Of a DNA stretch of 64,000 bases, positions 43,452 to 60,555 are shown piece after piece (within the stretch, counting starts at the first letter, position 1; each line of letters starts with the position of its first letter). Source of the stretch: the human T2T-CHM13v2.0 reference genome, Homo sapiens; the NCBI RefSeq assembly GCF_009914755.1, contig NC_060928.1. One strand, given 5' to 3'. The position numbers were made by a program, and so were the translations under genes. A model generated the notes under the pieces. That model did no database searches and was not told the origin of the DNA. It was given only the letters and a program-made list of their open reading frames with translations.

Positions 43452-44993
43452 GTAAGGTAATAATGTAGATTGTTTCTTTGCTATTGACAATCAATATCTC
43501 CTTGTTTAGTGCACAGGTCCCAGTAAAGCACAGCACATTGTTTCCCTGACAAGATTAGCAAGATGCCCTTGACTTTCATTTTGTTTCTTAGCTTGTTGAA
43601 ATCTAGGAATTAATTCATAAGGCTCTATGATGGTTAAAGAAACCTCTGACCTATATAGCACAGAAAGAAGATATGATTCAGAATGACTTTTCCTTGTGTC
43701 AGATGCATACTTACATTTCCCTCAGAGTTCTACCCTCGTTTACTCTTTTATTATTTATTATGATTTTAAAAATTAGTTTTAATTGCATGCCTTTTTATAT
43801 ACTCCTTCAAATCAGTTTTGAAATGAGGAAGAAAATGATGGATTAACGAATACCTAAAATACCGTGGACTCTTTTGGGCTCCCACTTTGTCTCCTTTACA
43901 TTATGTTTTTGATTTATTTTATTTAAGAAACCTGGCCTTTAAAAACACAATCACGTACCATTTAACACGGTTTAAGACAGAACCATAGATTGACCCCAGC
44001 TTCTTTTGGAAGGCATTGCCAGCACATGACTGTCTTTGGAATTTCCAGCCCAATGCTGAAAAATCAGACGTGAACACTTTATTTAGCGTGTATTTATTGA
44101 GCACGTACTACCACTGTTGAACTCTAGGGATACAACGTCGGTCCCATAGTTACTACCATGAGTGGAAGAAAGTGCCCCTTAAGCCATTGCAAGTAGGCTT
44201 TGAGTAATAGAGATTTTCCCTTTATAGCAAATGAGTAAGGATTAGCTCCCACTTCTCCTGGCTGAACTATGCAGTGATATTTATTTTATTCTAACTGTTC
44301 AGGACTTTTCCCTTCAGATTCGAGTCCCATTGGGTTTCCTCTGTTAGGCTTAACCCCAGAAAGTACCTCTTCTGCTTCATTTAGGACAGTTTATGTCTAT
44401 TCCATTCAGACTCTTTTGTCACCCTCTTAGTTGTTAAGCATATTTCTGTTGTATCTTTTAAAGATCAGGCAGGAAACAACCTAATTATGTGCTTCACCCC
44501 ACAAAACTTTTATTTCTGGTGAAGCTAAAGAAGAGAACTTACTGATTTTTTTCAATACTTCTGCCTTCCCTCAGACTCAGGGTGTTAAGGATTTAGGGAT
44601 ATTGACTGCCATAGCAGTGGCAGCTCTCCCTGCCCCTTCTTGTTCCAGCTTCTGGCTGTTTGTGGGGAATAACTTCTAGTGTAGGTTTATTTGTTTGTTG
44701 TTTGTTTGTTTGTTTGTTTTTCCCATCTCTGTATGTGTATAGGCGTGAGGAACCAATGGAAAATAGATCTCTATGTAAGCAAATTATTTCTTGTTTTTCC
44801 TCCAACCAGTGAAAGTTTTTATTAAAAAGAAACTTAATCAAATATTTGCTGTTGCCAAAGCATGGTTTCATTCTTAAGAATATCAACAAAAGATCATCAA
44901 ACATTTATTTTAAATCTCATAATTTAATCAGAGAGCCCATACTATGAGTAAGGTTTGATTTTTAAAAGACTAATTGTCTGGTGTACATTTTAG

Positions 44994-45070
44994 GTTTTCT
45001 GGACCCAAACCAAAGAATCTAGGAAACAACACTAAACTCATAGAATGGTTACCACAAAATGACCTGCTTG
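44994..45070 (+). CDS. UGT8: UGT8 third coding exon ([26 protein letters not shown])
   Basis: acattttag|G ... CTTG|gtaagt. 77 nt, phase 2 to 1. Start of the UGT signature WLPQNDLLG. Confidence 0.97.
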
Positions 45071-47398
45071 GTAAGTCAATGATGTGTGGTTACTTACTTG
45101 GCTGTTAGGTTTTAATTACATAAATGTGACTTTTTTTTTTTTTTTACTTCAGAGGTTCATACGGTATACGGTATGTATGTAGTATATGGTAGAGTTATTA
45201 TGTTTTTTATCCAGTATCTCAAATCTTAAATTTGAGGCCAAAATTTTAAGTCTTTATTTATTGGAAAACAGTTTGTAAAATGTAAACCTTTGGGCCTCTA
45301 TATTAAAATTTTTAGACCAGCCATCAATTTTAATTATCTGGAAATTATGTACTTAATGAACTATATAAATTAGTAGTGAATAAGATTATACCTAATTAGA
45401 GTAATCAGATGAAAGTAGAACAGTTAAAACAATAAGAATGTAGATTTAGGTTACAGGTTTGTTACAGATGGTCTGAGAACCAAGAGAAATTAGAAGTTAT
45501 TCATTTGTCTGAAACCAAAGAGAAGCAGAAGACCATGGGAACAGTCAATTTATTTTAACTTTAACTGGATTATCTGCTCTGTTTAGTCCTAAATCATTGG
45601 GCATTTTTGAAGCATTTTATATTATTTAATCTTGGGGATTTTGATTCTCAAAATTAAAATAGTAATTAGTATATGCGTATCTTTTAAGTGTGTTTTTTAA
45701 CTAAATTAGTTTTTTAACTAAATTTAACTAAAAACCAGTAAAGAATTTTATTTATGTATATAATTTATTTTCATCTAGCTTATTATAATACTATTCTATA
45801 AATGCTAAAACTAAAGAAAAAAGAATACAAGGCAATTTACCTTTCTTGATCCTTGTATTTTTTTATTTTTAAATCTTTTATGGCTTTACTGTTATGACTT
45901 AGATTCCTTAGAAGATAGGAAAGAAGCAGGAAGTTTAAGTGAGATAACCTGACTATCAACTATTTCAGTGCGACAGTGTGACACTGTTATGTATGAACAT
46001 CTAAACTTTTATTGTGTGTGGGTTTTCCATTTCTTATTGTTTTTCTTTTTTTCTTTTTTTTGACTGTGAGGCTCTACTGCAAGGTCCATGCCTGAAAACT
46101 CTCCTCAAGTCCATAGCTGCTCTAGGCTTCTCAGTGTGAGAACTCTGACTTTTTCAAGATTAGTATCTTTTTTAACAATAGGCACTATCCTTGTGAGTCC
46201 TCTAATAGCTTCTAACTATGATCAAAAGATTCTTCCGGGATGAGAAGTAGGAACCAAATCAATGTCTTTCCCCTCCCCTCGTAGCCGCCCCTCCTCTTTA
46301 CACAGCAGCTCTGCTTTATTTAACTGTTGGGTTTGGTGGTAGGTTTTGTTCAAAGAGAGGGGTTTTTGCTAAAAATAAAGTTTGAAATCCACTTCTAGGG
46401 CAGATCCTTTAGTTGGACCTAAGAGTCAGAAAAGCCACTTGTGGGTAAGGGCTAGAGACACTGACTAACCAATTCCACCAGTCTTCAGAATGGAAGAGCT
46501 CTGGGAGCACCATTGAGACCATGGTTCCCATACATATTAATTTTGTACCTGGCACATGTGTATTTTAAAAGATCGACATTTCAGCTAGCTATAATTTCTT
46601 TCTGGCCAATAACATATATCCTAAGTACAATGTTTTTGTTTTGTTTTGTTTTTACAACTCTTATGCCAACTTTTGATCCCTTTTATAGAAATGTAGGCCA
46701 TTTACCAGGAGAGTAAATCTAGGTTTTGAACTTCCATATTAATTTTGACAAATTATCTTTTTTATTCCCATAACAACTAAATGTTATGTGATGTCTCATG
46801 TCTTACAAATGATTATAAATGTTTACCTCTACATGTTTGAGCACATAAATGTAAAATTAAACCTTAAAATTGTGAAATATTAATGCTGATAGAACTTGAA
46901 TGTTGTGAATAGTGATTACAACATTTCTTTTTGGAGAAGCACACAAACTCTTCATGGACTTCTGGAATCCAGCCCTTTTTTACATTTTTTTTAAAAAGTG
47001 TTTTTGACTTTAATATTGATAAACATTTGAGTAGCCAGAAAGTAGATGTCTGTTTTTTCACTCTGGTATTGTTTGGCATTTCTTGCTTTCATTGGCTTCA
47101 TAATAATTATTGGCCATTAAAATATGTGTTGTTAGTCATGCAATATTTGTGTTAAAAATAGTAATATACATTTCAACTACTTAAAAATGGCTTTTAATTG
47201 ATATATCAAAATCTGACAATTAGGTATATAACAAATATTTTAATTGGTGTAGAGCAGGAATCAGTGAAATTACACCTTTAGGAATCCTTTATCTGAAATG
47301 CATGTTTACTGTAGTGTCGATTTTTAATGAATTTCTGGGAAAATCTCTTCTGTAGAGTAATAATGTTGTAAGTTGTTTTCTTTTTCATCTTTCTTCAG

Positions 47399-47618
47399 GG
47401 CATTCAAAGATTAAAGCCTTCCTGAGCCATGGTGGTTTGAACAGTATTTTTGAAACTATGTATCATGGTGTGCCTGTAGTGGGAATTCCACTCTTTGGAG
47501 ACCATTATGATACTATGACCAGAGTACAGGCAAAAGGCATGGGGATATTGCTAGAATGGAAGACAGTTACTGAAAAAGAGCTCTATGAAGCACTAGTGAA
47601 GGTTATCAATAATCCCAG
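47399..47618 (+). CDS. UGT8: UGT8 fourth coding exon, UDP-sugar binding signature (HSKIKAFLSHGGLNSIFETMYHGVPVVGIPLFGDH...)
   Basis: tttttcatctttcttcag|GG ... CCCAG|gtaagg. 220 nt, phase 1 to 2. Confidence 0.97.
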
Positions 47619-49361
47619 GTAAGGTTTCAATTAACATTAAAGCTGATGAACTTACATACCACAGTATATTGTCAGTAGCCAATTATTTTCAATAGATTGT
47701 CAATAAATTATCAAATTATGGAAATATCCTTTAGATTCCTGTGATAATGCTTTGTGCATGTTTTCTATTATTTAGAAAATGAAAACAGCAGTCATTTGAC
47801 CAGCCATGTTATGACACCAGATAATATTCTGCAAGGATCTTCCAAACAGGGAGAAACTGCAATGGGAACAATCTTTGGATATCTACATTGTGTCAAATGT
47901 TATGTGCTTTATTTCATTTTCATACTTATAACAGCTGTATATCACAGTTTTTATTATCCACATTATAGAGGCAAGGCACTTGATATTCATGGAACTTGAG
48001 TAATTTGGCTTACACAGCAATTGTAGTTGAAATTAGAAGCCAGGACTGTCTGATTCCCAAGACAGTGTTCTTTGTACTGCATGGTAAGCCTGGTGTTGCT
48101 GGGTTTCCCTAGCACTGAGTATTGCAGAAATACGGAGATTTATTTACTCAGGTGAATGATGAAGCAGAATCTTTATTTTGCTTTTTAAATTATTGATGGG
48201 TCCTGAGTTAAGCTAGTTCACCAATGAGTCTCAAAGGGTGAAGAACTGGCCTGTGTAGTTTTAAAACAAAGCAGCAGTTTTCTTCATTTGTAGATATTAT
48301 ATTTAATTTACCTTGCATTTCCAATAGCATTAAATATTAGAAGCGTATAAGCTTTTTCTTTTTATGCCTAGGGGATATGGCTTAACACTGAGAAACACTT
48401 GAGAAACACTGCCACATTCTAAGGAACAACCAATAATAAGAAAAATTATTTCATATAAAAGGATGCAGCTTGCATATAAAATGCTGAATTCAACTGAAGT
48501 TCATTATGCTGCCTTTATGTGAGCTCAGGGGTGACCTTCATGCTCTGGACTCTTAAAGGATCCAGTGTCGGATACAGCTCTGCCATTGGAGCAATGTGTT
48601 CCATAACTAGGGTTGCCTAAGTATATCCCTTCTTCTGTTATCTATAGTTTTTCTTTAAAGGTGTGCTTTTCAAAACATGATGTTATTTCATATACATATA
48701 TATATATATGCACACATACATATACATCATGCATGTATCATATATGTGTGTGTATGTATGTATCTATCTTCAATCTTTCAGGAAAGTTTGTAAAATATAG
48801 CCCTAAGTAGAATTATGGGGAAACAGTTGCAGAACTGCTGAAATTGGCTCAGATGAAAAGGAAAGAGCAAAAATCTAGGTTATTCACAGGAAGTTAGTCC
48901 AGCTGTGTTTTGCGAGGCATGAACCAGGCTGAATCAGAGCAAGAACAGGTTGCAATCTTAGGTCACATGGCAATTAAATTCCAGCTATAGAATATTGAAG
49001 ACATGTAAGTGCTTAATTTAAGGATTATTCAATGCAGTGAATAAATTTATATCATTCCCAAAAGTATGCACATCAGATAATGAGTTAACTGCATGTAACT
49101 TGAAAACCTTAAATATTTAACTGAAAGGATTTTGTGCATAGAAAGATGTCTTAGTCAATGTAAAAATGCCAGTGATTTGTGTAGCATGTCCTTTGCTAAA
49201 AGTCATTATATAAACTGAAGTCACTTATCTTTGTTTCCAATGTGATAATATTCCACATTTAACAGGTGATAATTATTGAAAATATTAGTTTGCCTCACTA
49301 ATATTGTGTCCGAGATATTCTAGTTTAAACCAAGTAACTAATACTGTAAAAGAAGTATTCC

Positions 49362-52122
<2,761 letters not shown>

Positions 52123-54760
52123 AAGTATTCCTTTTATTAATCCACAACTTAAGTAAAATTACACATCTTACGTCTCTGTTTCCTAATGCTTTGGATTCAT
52201 TTAATAAAGGCCTATTGCTTTTTTGTTTGTTTGGGAGGATTCCTTTGAGTCTGGAGCTTTTATTATTACAAAATAAGTTAGAAAGAAAGATGGAGAATCG
52301 ATCATTATTAACTTCGCACATATCCAACCTGTGGTCAACTTTTAATAGAAGATATTTATACTTTTGTAAAATTTAATGTACATGTGAGCCCCTTACAAGG
52401 TAATTGTTTTATTAAAAGGGGCTTTATCTAAGAGATCTCTTGGAATAACTTAGAGGTGTCTGGAGTGACCATTTTAATCACACTATTTTTTTGCAATATT
52501 CATATTCTTACTGGAAGGAATTTTGAGTTGTAAAATAAACTATGCTCATGGGACAATGCCATTACATTAAATTTGAGACCAGTTTCAGCATGGAAAATAC
52601 CTGCCCCTCAAAAATTTATCTGTGAGTTCTCCAATATTCCTTTCCAGTTGATCCATGGACCTCCTCTGAACAGAATAGTCATACAAAATGAAATCGGTTA
52701 GTTAGCAATCCAGCTTTATAAGTCTACTCCTAGGTGGGACTAAGAGTCTGACCGATGAAAGTCCCTGTTCAGATAAGCTGAGTCAGATGTCAAGAGCTTT
52801 TCTGATAATTAGTGATCTAGGACCAAGTAAACATATTGGAGTTCCATATGAGTTAATAATTTATTCAAGAGTACAAGAAGTGAGATTTTCCATTAAAGCA
52901 TCTGTTTAATCTGTTTAATCATCACTAGAGAAAGGGTTATATACACAGTGACATTAAGGTACCTGAAGACTTAAGATTGTTTTTATCCTTCTTTTCCATC
53001 TTTGTTAAAATAAAAGATTGGATTTTATTTTCTAAGATGTCACGTTTCATTTTTGTATTTTAAAGATACTCCTTTGCCCCATAAGCATTTTCTCATAAAA
53101 TGGAGTAGTAGAAACTTTCTAGTTTCCCTTTTGCCATCAGTTAGAAATTATGATAAATTACAAAGCAACTGAGGATGGCCTTTTAATATTTGGTGAGGTT
53201 TTTGTACTTTTAATACAACTAGATTTATTATTTGGTTGTAATTTTCTTATGAGGCATTGATGAGAGAGAAAACGTGCCTGTTAATTACATACTTTTATGT
53301 AATAGCCTTCATTTGTTTTTTCTCTCACTCCTAACAACCTTCTGTTCACTGCCTCTCAATTTTTTTGCATAATTGTTAAAACTTAATGTTTAGGTCTAGA
53401 GTGAAATCATAAAAAATAAAGGCTCATCAAATCAACTCATAAATATCTGAGTAGATTTTTCACTGGGCTTTGTAATCTTATAGCTCCATCCTCACATTTC
53501 TAGTGGCTCTCTCGACCTTTCCTTTCATTACATCCCAAACTGTAATCATTTCCAGCAGCATGTCCCGTGTTCTGTGTTACTGTGTCCTGTTAATTAACTC
53601 TGCCATGTGAGTCATTCAAGCTGGAAACATTGCAATTACATATGATCTCTCCCTTTCCCTTCACATTTAATCCACACTTTTACCAACTCCTGCCAACTCT
53701 TCTACTACACCATTTCCCTTCCCTTTATCTGTCTAATCCCACCACCATTTTTTTAGTCAGTCTCTCATTGGTCATTATTGAGGTCTTTTTAACGGACTTT
53801 CCATCACGAGTATCTTCCCTCTGCTTTAACAGCCTGTCTCCCTGATATAATGGCTCTTTGGTTCTAAGAAAGAAGCTATTATATCTTGTCATTCAGAATA
53901 CCCATGGGGAAGACTCATCTTCTTCCAATCTAATTTCTAACTAAACTTCATACTTTTTCCAAATGAATTTGTTCTGGGCATATTCTCAGTCTCCCACTTT
54001 TATGATTTAGTTTACACTCTTCTCTTGATTTATCAAGTCTTCACACATGTCCAATCTTTTGTTCCTCTATAATGCACAACTCAGTAGTGCTATATCCTCC
54101 ATGATAGATTTTGTATCTCTTGAGGTGGAAATTATTTCTTATGTCTAAACAATACAAACTTCAGTCATGAATTCATGCAAGGGGGATTTAGCCGTTTGTC
54201 AAAGATTGGCACATGAATGTGCAGTCACATGTTTTTAAATTAAAATAAAATGCTTATATTTTATCACTTTGTGATTCCCCATTTTCCTTGGTCTTTTAAT
54301 CATTTAAGAGGGTGTTTTCTTTATACATATATACATGCATACATTACCTATACATATATACTGCATATAACATCAAATCTGACTTCATGGTGTTTCCCAA
54401 CTCTTTTTTATCTCTTTAATAATATATCTTCACCCCATATTTAATGTTATTTTAAATTAAAACAAAATTAAATATTATTGCTTAAAAAGTGGTAGAATGA
54501 AGTTCTGTATCTTTTTCTCCATCTTTCTTTTAGAATCTAATAAATTTAGTTTCCATCCTGGTTGAAACTTGTTGATTTATACTATTTAAAAGTATGTGGA
54601 GAGAAGAACTACATGTAATGTAGTGTGGAAACAGCATAGGGTTTGGAGTCAGAAAATTCTGGGTCTCAACTTTGTAACATAATCAAGTTAGTCTCCGATT
54701 TTCATTTTTCTCACCAATTTAAAATACATTTTATTGGGTTAACATAAGATAATGTGTTTA

Positions 54761-55140
<380 letters not shown>

Positions 55141-55227
55141 TTATTTCCCCTTTTTAAATGAAGATATGCATAAATATAGAACTTTATTATAAGCATCATC
55201 ATTCTGTGTTTTGTCCCCTCTCCATAG

Positions 55228-55591
55228 CTACCGTCAGAGGGCTCAGAAGCTTTCGGAAATTCACAAGGATCAACCTGGTCACCCTGTCAATCGAACTATC
55301 TATTGGATAGATTATATTATTCGTCACAATGGAGCCCATCACCTACGTGCCGCTGTCCATCAGATCTCCTTTTGTCAGTATTTTTTACTGGATATTGCCT
55401 TTGTGCTTTTGCTTGGTGCTGCCTTGTTATACTTTCTCTTGTCTTGGGTGACAAAATTTATCTACAGAAAAATCAAAAGTCTGTGGTCTAGAAATAAGCA
55501 TAGCACAGTTAATGGACATTACCACAATGGAATCCTCAATGGCAAGTACAAAAGAAATGGCCATATTAAACATGAAAAGAAAGTGAAATGA
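55228..55591 (+). CDS. UGT8: UGT8 last coding exon: transmembrane helix and cytosolic tail ending in the KKVK ER-retrieval signal
   Basis: tgtcccctctccatag|C TAC. Stop TGA at 55589-55591. Exon sum 822+143+77+220+364 = 1626 nt = 541 aa plus stop. Confidence 0.97.
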
Positions 55592-55930
55592 GCCAACAGC
55601 CCAGGTGATAGAAATAAATTGGTTCACTCATTGAATTTTTATTGCTATTATTTAGTCTAACAGCTACTAAAAGTAAAACATCAGTAAACAATTCTAACAT
55701 GCCCTTATGAGATCTACTAATGAAATTCTGTGGAATTAAGATGGCTGTAAAAAGCACAAACCTAAAATGCAGAAATGTATTTTATTCAAATACTGATGTA
55801 GAGAGTTTTGGCACTGAACCTTTTAGAAGCCTTAATTATTTAAATCAATTCAGTGACTGTGTCAGACCTTAGTTTTAAATCTTGATATGTGCGTGTCCCG
55901 GATCAGGAATGGTTTCATTTTTCTTAATAA

Positions 55931-55952
55931 TGTGTGTGTGTGTATGTGTGTG

Positions 55953-55987
<35 letters not shown>
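55931..55987 (+). repeat. (TG)~28 imperfect microsatellite in UGT8 3'UTR
   Basis: Directly visible, with two interruptions. Confidence 0.95.
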
Positions 55988-56049
55988 CCTAATTAAGAGA
56001 ATTTTTACTGGCTGCTTGTTACATTTGTTGAGGGTACAACACACTCAAG

Positions 56050-56055
56050 AATAAA
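56050..56055 (+). terminator. Possible proximal poly(A) signal
   Basis: AATAAA followed within ~25-50 nt by 'tgtttcttttct' and 'tgtgtgtg' U/GU-rich sequence. Confidence 0.4.
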
Positions 56056-57506
56056 GTAAAAGGATAGTCAGGATCCAGATGTTTCTTTTCTAGCATTTAA
56101 TGTGTGTGAACTCAGAACACTACCATGAAAGAACACTTCCCCCCAAAACTGGATGCAGAGGAAGAAAAAAAAAAAAGAAATGGCACAGTTTTTTGTATTT
56201 TTTTTTTTAGTTATTTTTTGTTGTTGTTGTTTGTATTGTTTCTCTTTTCTGATAGAGTATGGCCACTTCTGGGGGAAAAACATGTAATTAAGTAAATGTA
56301 TACATTGGTTTTCACGTTTTACTTTTGTTTTCCCACTACCAATAATTTTCCTCTGGAAGAATTTTATAGTTTTTTCTATTTCATTTTAATGAGTAACAAT
56401 ATGTTAAATGCATAATTAAGACAAAGCAATGAAATTCTGACTTTATTCAAAGTACTGAAGATTATTGCTTCTAGGGCATTTTTAAACAGCACCATTGTAT
56501 TGTTGAATGTTTATGTAACTGATGGCTTTTCTATAATGTAATTTTTGAATGTTCAGGTGTTACATTTCCAAAGTTTAACTTTTAAAAAACCATCTTCTGA
56601 TCCCTTTTATTGTCTGGGCCATACAATCTATATTACATAGGTGCCAACATTTAATTCTTTTAAATGGAACATTTGCAGTTTTCCATATTGGTACCTGCTT
56701 TTTCTGGAGAGGTTTGAGATCTTGTTAACAAATCAGACTTTACACTATATACAGATGTGACAGATAAATTGAACCACTTGTTTGTGAAAATGAGTTCCTG
56801 TCATCTTCCTCATTCACTCAGCCCTCACCCCAGCAGCCTTTTCCGGTCATTGTAGCTGACATGGAGCAGTGACAGTATTCATTTGAGAACAGGGATGCAA
56901 GTCACAGACATCATAAAATCAGGGTCTCCCTGCTGAAGCATTCACTAGTTGGCAACTATGAATTTATTCCATGTCATTCTGTTTACTTAGCACTTGCACT
57001 ACCCTTGTTGGTTGAGTGTATGCTTTATTTGTTTCTAGTTTGAAATCCCACATCTGATAGCTGAGAGTAGGCAAATACAACATTTACCTAATGTCATTCA
57101 CTAACATGGAAGAGTTGTGAAAATTCTAGAGTGCTGTAAATCCTTGGCATACACTATGACAAACAACTTCATTACTCTCCCACCAGGAGCTGCTCTCCTG
57201 CACTTAGAAATAATGTCACAAGTAGTTTTCTAATGTACAATGCAGACAAATGTACTGCTCTCTGAATACTTGAAGAAATGGTATTATACATACATAGAAA
57301 CTTATTAGTTATACCTTTTCACAATCTTATTACGATGTTGCCGTTAAAAGGGAAAAAAGACACAGGCAATGAATGGTGGGATAGTAAGAGGACTTAGAGT
57401 GTATGAATGAGTTGATTTTACTTTTTTGGAATTTGATTAAGTTGACAGTAGGCACTGATTGGATGATTAAACATAAGTTAATCTCCACTGTGATAAAAAC
57501 TTAAAT

Positions 57507-57547
57507 AATAAACATGATTTAAAATAGAGAAGTGTTGTTGGAATAAA
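57507..57547 (+). terminator. Probable distal poly(A) signals of UGT8
   Basis: AATAAA at 57507-57512 followed by GU-rich 'gtgttgttg'. Second AATAAA at 57542-57547 followed by a U-rich tract. Confidence 0.6.
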
Positions 57548-59224
57548 ATTTTTATTCAGATTTTATTTCATAATATTATATATATTCATTTTAAACATGT
57601 TTCTAAGACAGGTCTCCCAACTTTTGTATGTATTTATGAGTGTGGAAACACGTGTTAAATGTGAGACTTTTTTTTTTATTGTTAAACAGAGGGAGTTACC
57701 TTACAAGGACATCGACATGGATCTTAAAATTCTGTTCCAGAATTCAGAATGTTAAGTGTAGGTATTTACTGATCATTGTTGTTTTTTTTTTTTTCTAGTA
57801 AGATTATTGTTAGACAGTTTTGGTAAATAGGGTGATTTTTAAATTTTCCACACTTGGGCTAGATTCTATAATAAAGTTTTCAAGAAAGTATTTATTCATT
57901 TATTATTTAGAAAGAGTTTCTGCAACTATTAAAATATTCCCATAACTGGTTATCATCATGTCAAACACAAATGAGAATTAAGACATTTTTCCTCTAGAGT
58001 GGCAGCTTCTAATATCCCTCCACATACACATAGGGGCAGGATTTGGATGTCCAGGGTTGAAAAGAGCTAATGTTTGGGTTAAAGTAATAGTTTATGATTG
58101 AAGCTAGAGATTCTCTTCAAAACTCAGCTACTTACTCAGTCCCAAGTGCTACTAAAACTGAACGACTCCACTTCAAAAATAAAAGGTTTATAAATGAAAG
58201 AACCAAAATAAGTTGAAGAAAAACCTCAAGGGATAATCCAACAATCTGTTTTACTGAAAGTATAATTCATATTTCATTCTAGCTTCTAAGTAATTCAACC
58301 AGCTTGTAAATATTAAATCACATTAAAGAATGGTTATTTGCAGTTGATATAATCAAAAACAGTCTGAAATAGAAAAATTTTACATTTCATATGATGAAGT
58401 TTGAGAATTATAGGAGTCCTATTATTGAAACTTCTCCAAAATATGCATTAAAGAGCTGCTTATCATGCTTCCAAGATGGTAACATTTTAGCCAGCTTTTG
58501 AAGACATGTATTTCATGTGAAGATACTATTGATATTTTTGACAGCAAAAACATTTTTCCAACAAATTTAATTAGAAGGGTCTTAGATGTCCACACAATTA
58601 AAGTATTCATATTGTCATTTTTCTACAAGTCCTGCAAAGTGTTAAAAATCCCCGATCACTTGGGTGTTTGGGTTGCTGAGTTGGGGTTAGCAGGGCAGGT
58701 AAGGAGTATTGGTACCAAGACTCCTAACTTTTAAAATATGGAAACCAAAGGCACACAATACTTTTATGACTCATATCTTCACTTTTGGGTAAGGCAGACA
58801 TGATGTAAGAGAGAATTCATTTATATTGTATCCTGCAAGATTAGTGATCTTCCTTATTATACATAAAACCAGCAGATTATTTTCAATAGAGTAGTATATA
58901 ATCCAAGTTCAGACTCTGAAAAATCAGAACTACTTGTAGAATTATGTTATTCAAATAAAACAATTATAATAATGTCCATCTACTCAAAGAAGTCCAACAT
59001 CAACATTAATCTCAGGTAATATATTATCTCAGGTTTTTCATTTATTAACCAATAAAATCTGAAGTTCTTGCTGAATTTTATAGAATTGAAAGCATTTTAT
59101 TTCTGTGTTAGTTTCTATCTATAATTAGTTTTACTTTTCAGTAACCCTATTTTGTGCAGTGATTATTCCATATTCCTGAGAGCAGAGGTGACCAGTTCCA
59201 CTGTGTCAATTTAATATTTACTTA

Positions 59225-59434
<210 letters not shown>

Positions 59435-60210
59435 TAAGTTGAACAAAAATATGTATTATTAATAGCATTTATATATATTTATATGTGTAGTTAGCATTTA
59501 AATTATCCTCGTAATTCTTTCGAAATTTGATTTTTAAAAAATTTAAAATGGTCTCTCAATTTTTTTAAAAGAATGACAGTATTATGAACTTTTTGAAGTC
59601 TTTTAAGAAACAAAAACTATCTTTTTTAAACTAAATAAAATTCAAAAGGACTAGTAAGTTTAGAAACTTGGTCAGATGTACCCTCTGTAACACTTCTTAC
59701 TAAAATATTAGGAATAAATAGGATGAAATTGTTACAAAATAAAATCAAGTCACTGCTTTGAATGTATTCTTTCTTGTACTTCCATCTTCTTACTCTAAAA
59801 TGGAAAACATTTTGAGATTTAGCAATTTAAACTACACTTATAGTATAAATAACATTTTTCTTACAACTGACAAATGACTTCTCATTTGCAATCTCAAAGA
59901 TGAAGGCAAGAAAGAAATTTACTTTGGGTACCTCTGAATAAATTTTATGAATCCAAGAGAATGGATACACCAGTTGCACCATTTGAGAAAGTGCAATTAA
60001 TTTCGAGTTTGAATATGCCATACTCCAGGTCCAGATTTCATACTACTGACATGACACAACCTTCCTTACCTGTTCTCTCCCATCTTCTTGCTTCCAAGCT
60101 TTCAGTTTCCTCTCTTGGGTTTTCTATTACCCTTAGGTATTTTCCAAGCTGCCCTATCCTTTTCAAGTTTATGGTGCATAGATTGTGCCTGTCTATCTAA
60201 TGTGTATCTA

Positions 60211-60555
<345 letters not shown>

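Larger units (their letters stand above)
55592..57560 (+). other. UGT8: UGT8 3'UTR (distal end approximate)
   Basis: AU-rich sequence after the stop, with no interspersed repeat recognised. AATAAA at 55613, 56050, 57507 and 57542. Confidence 0.7.
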
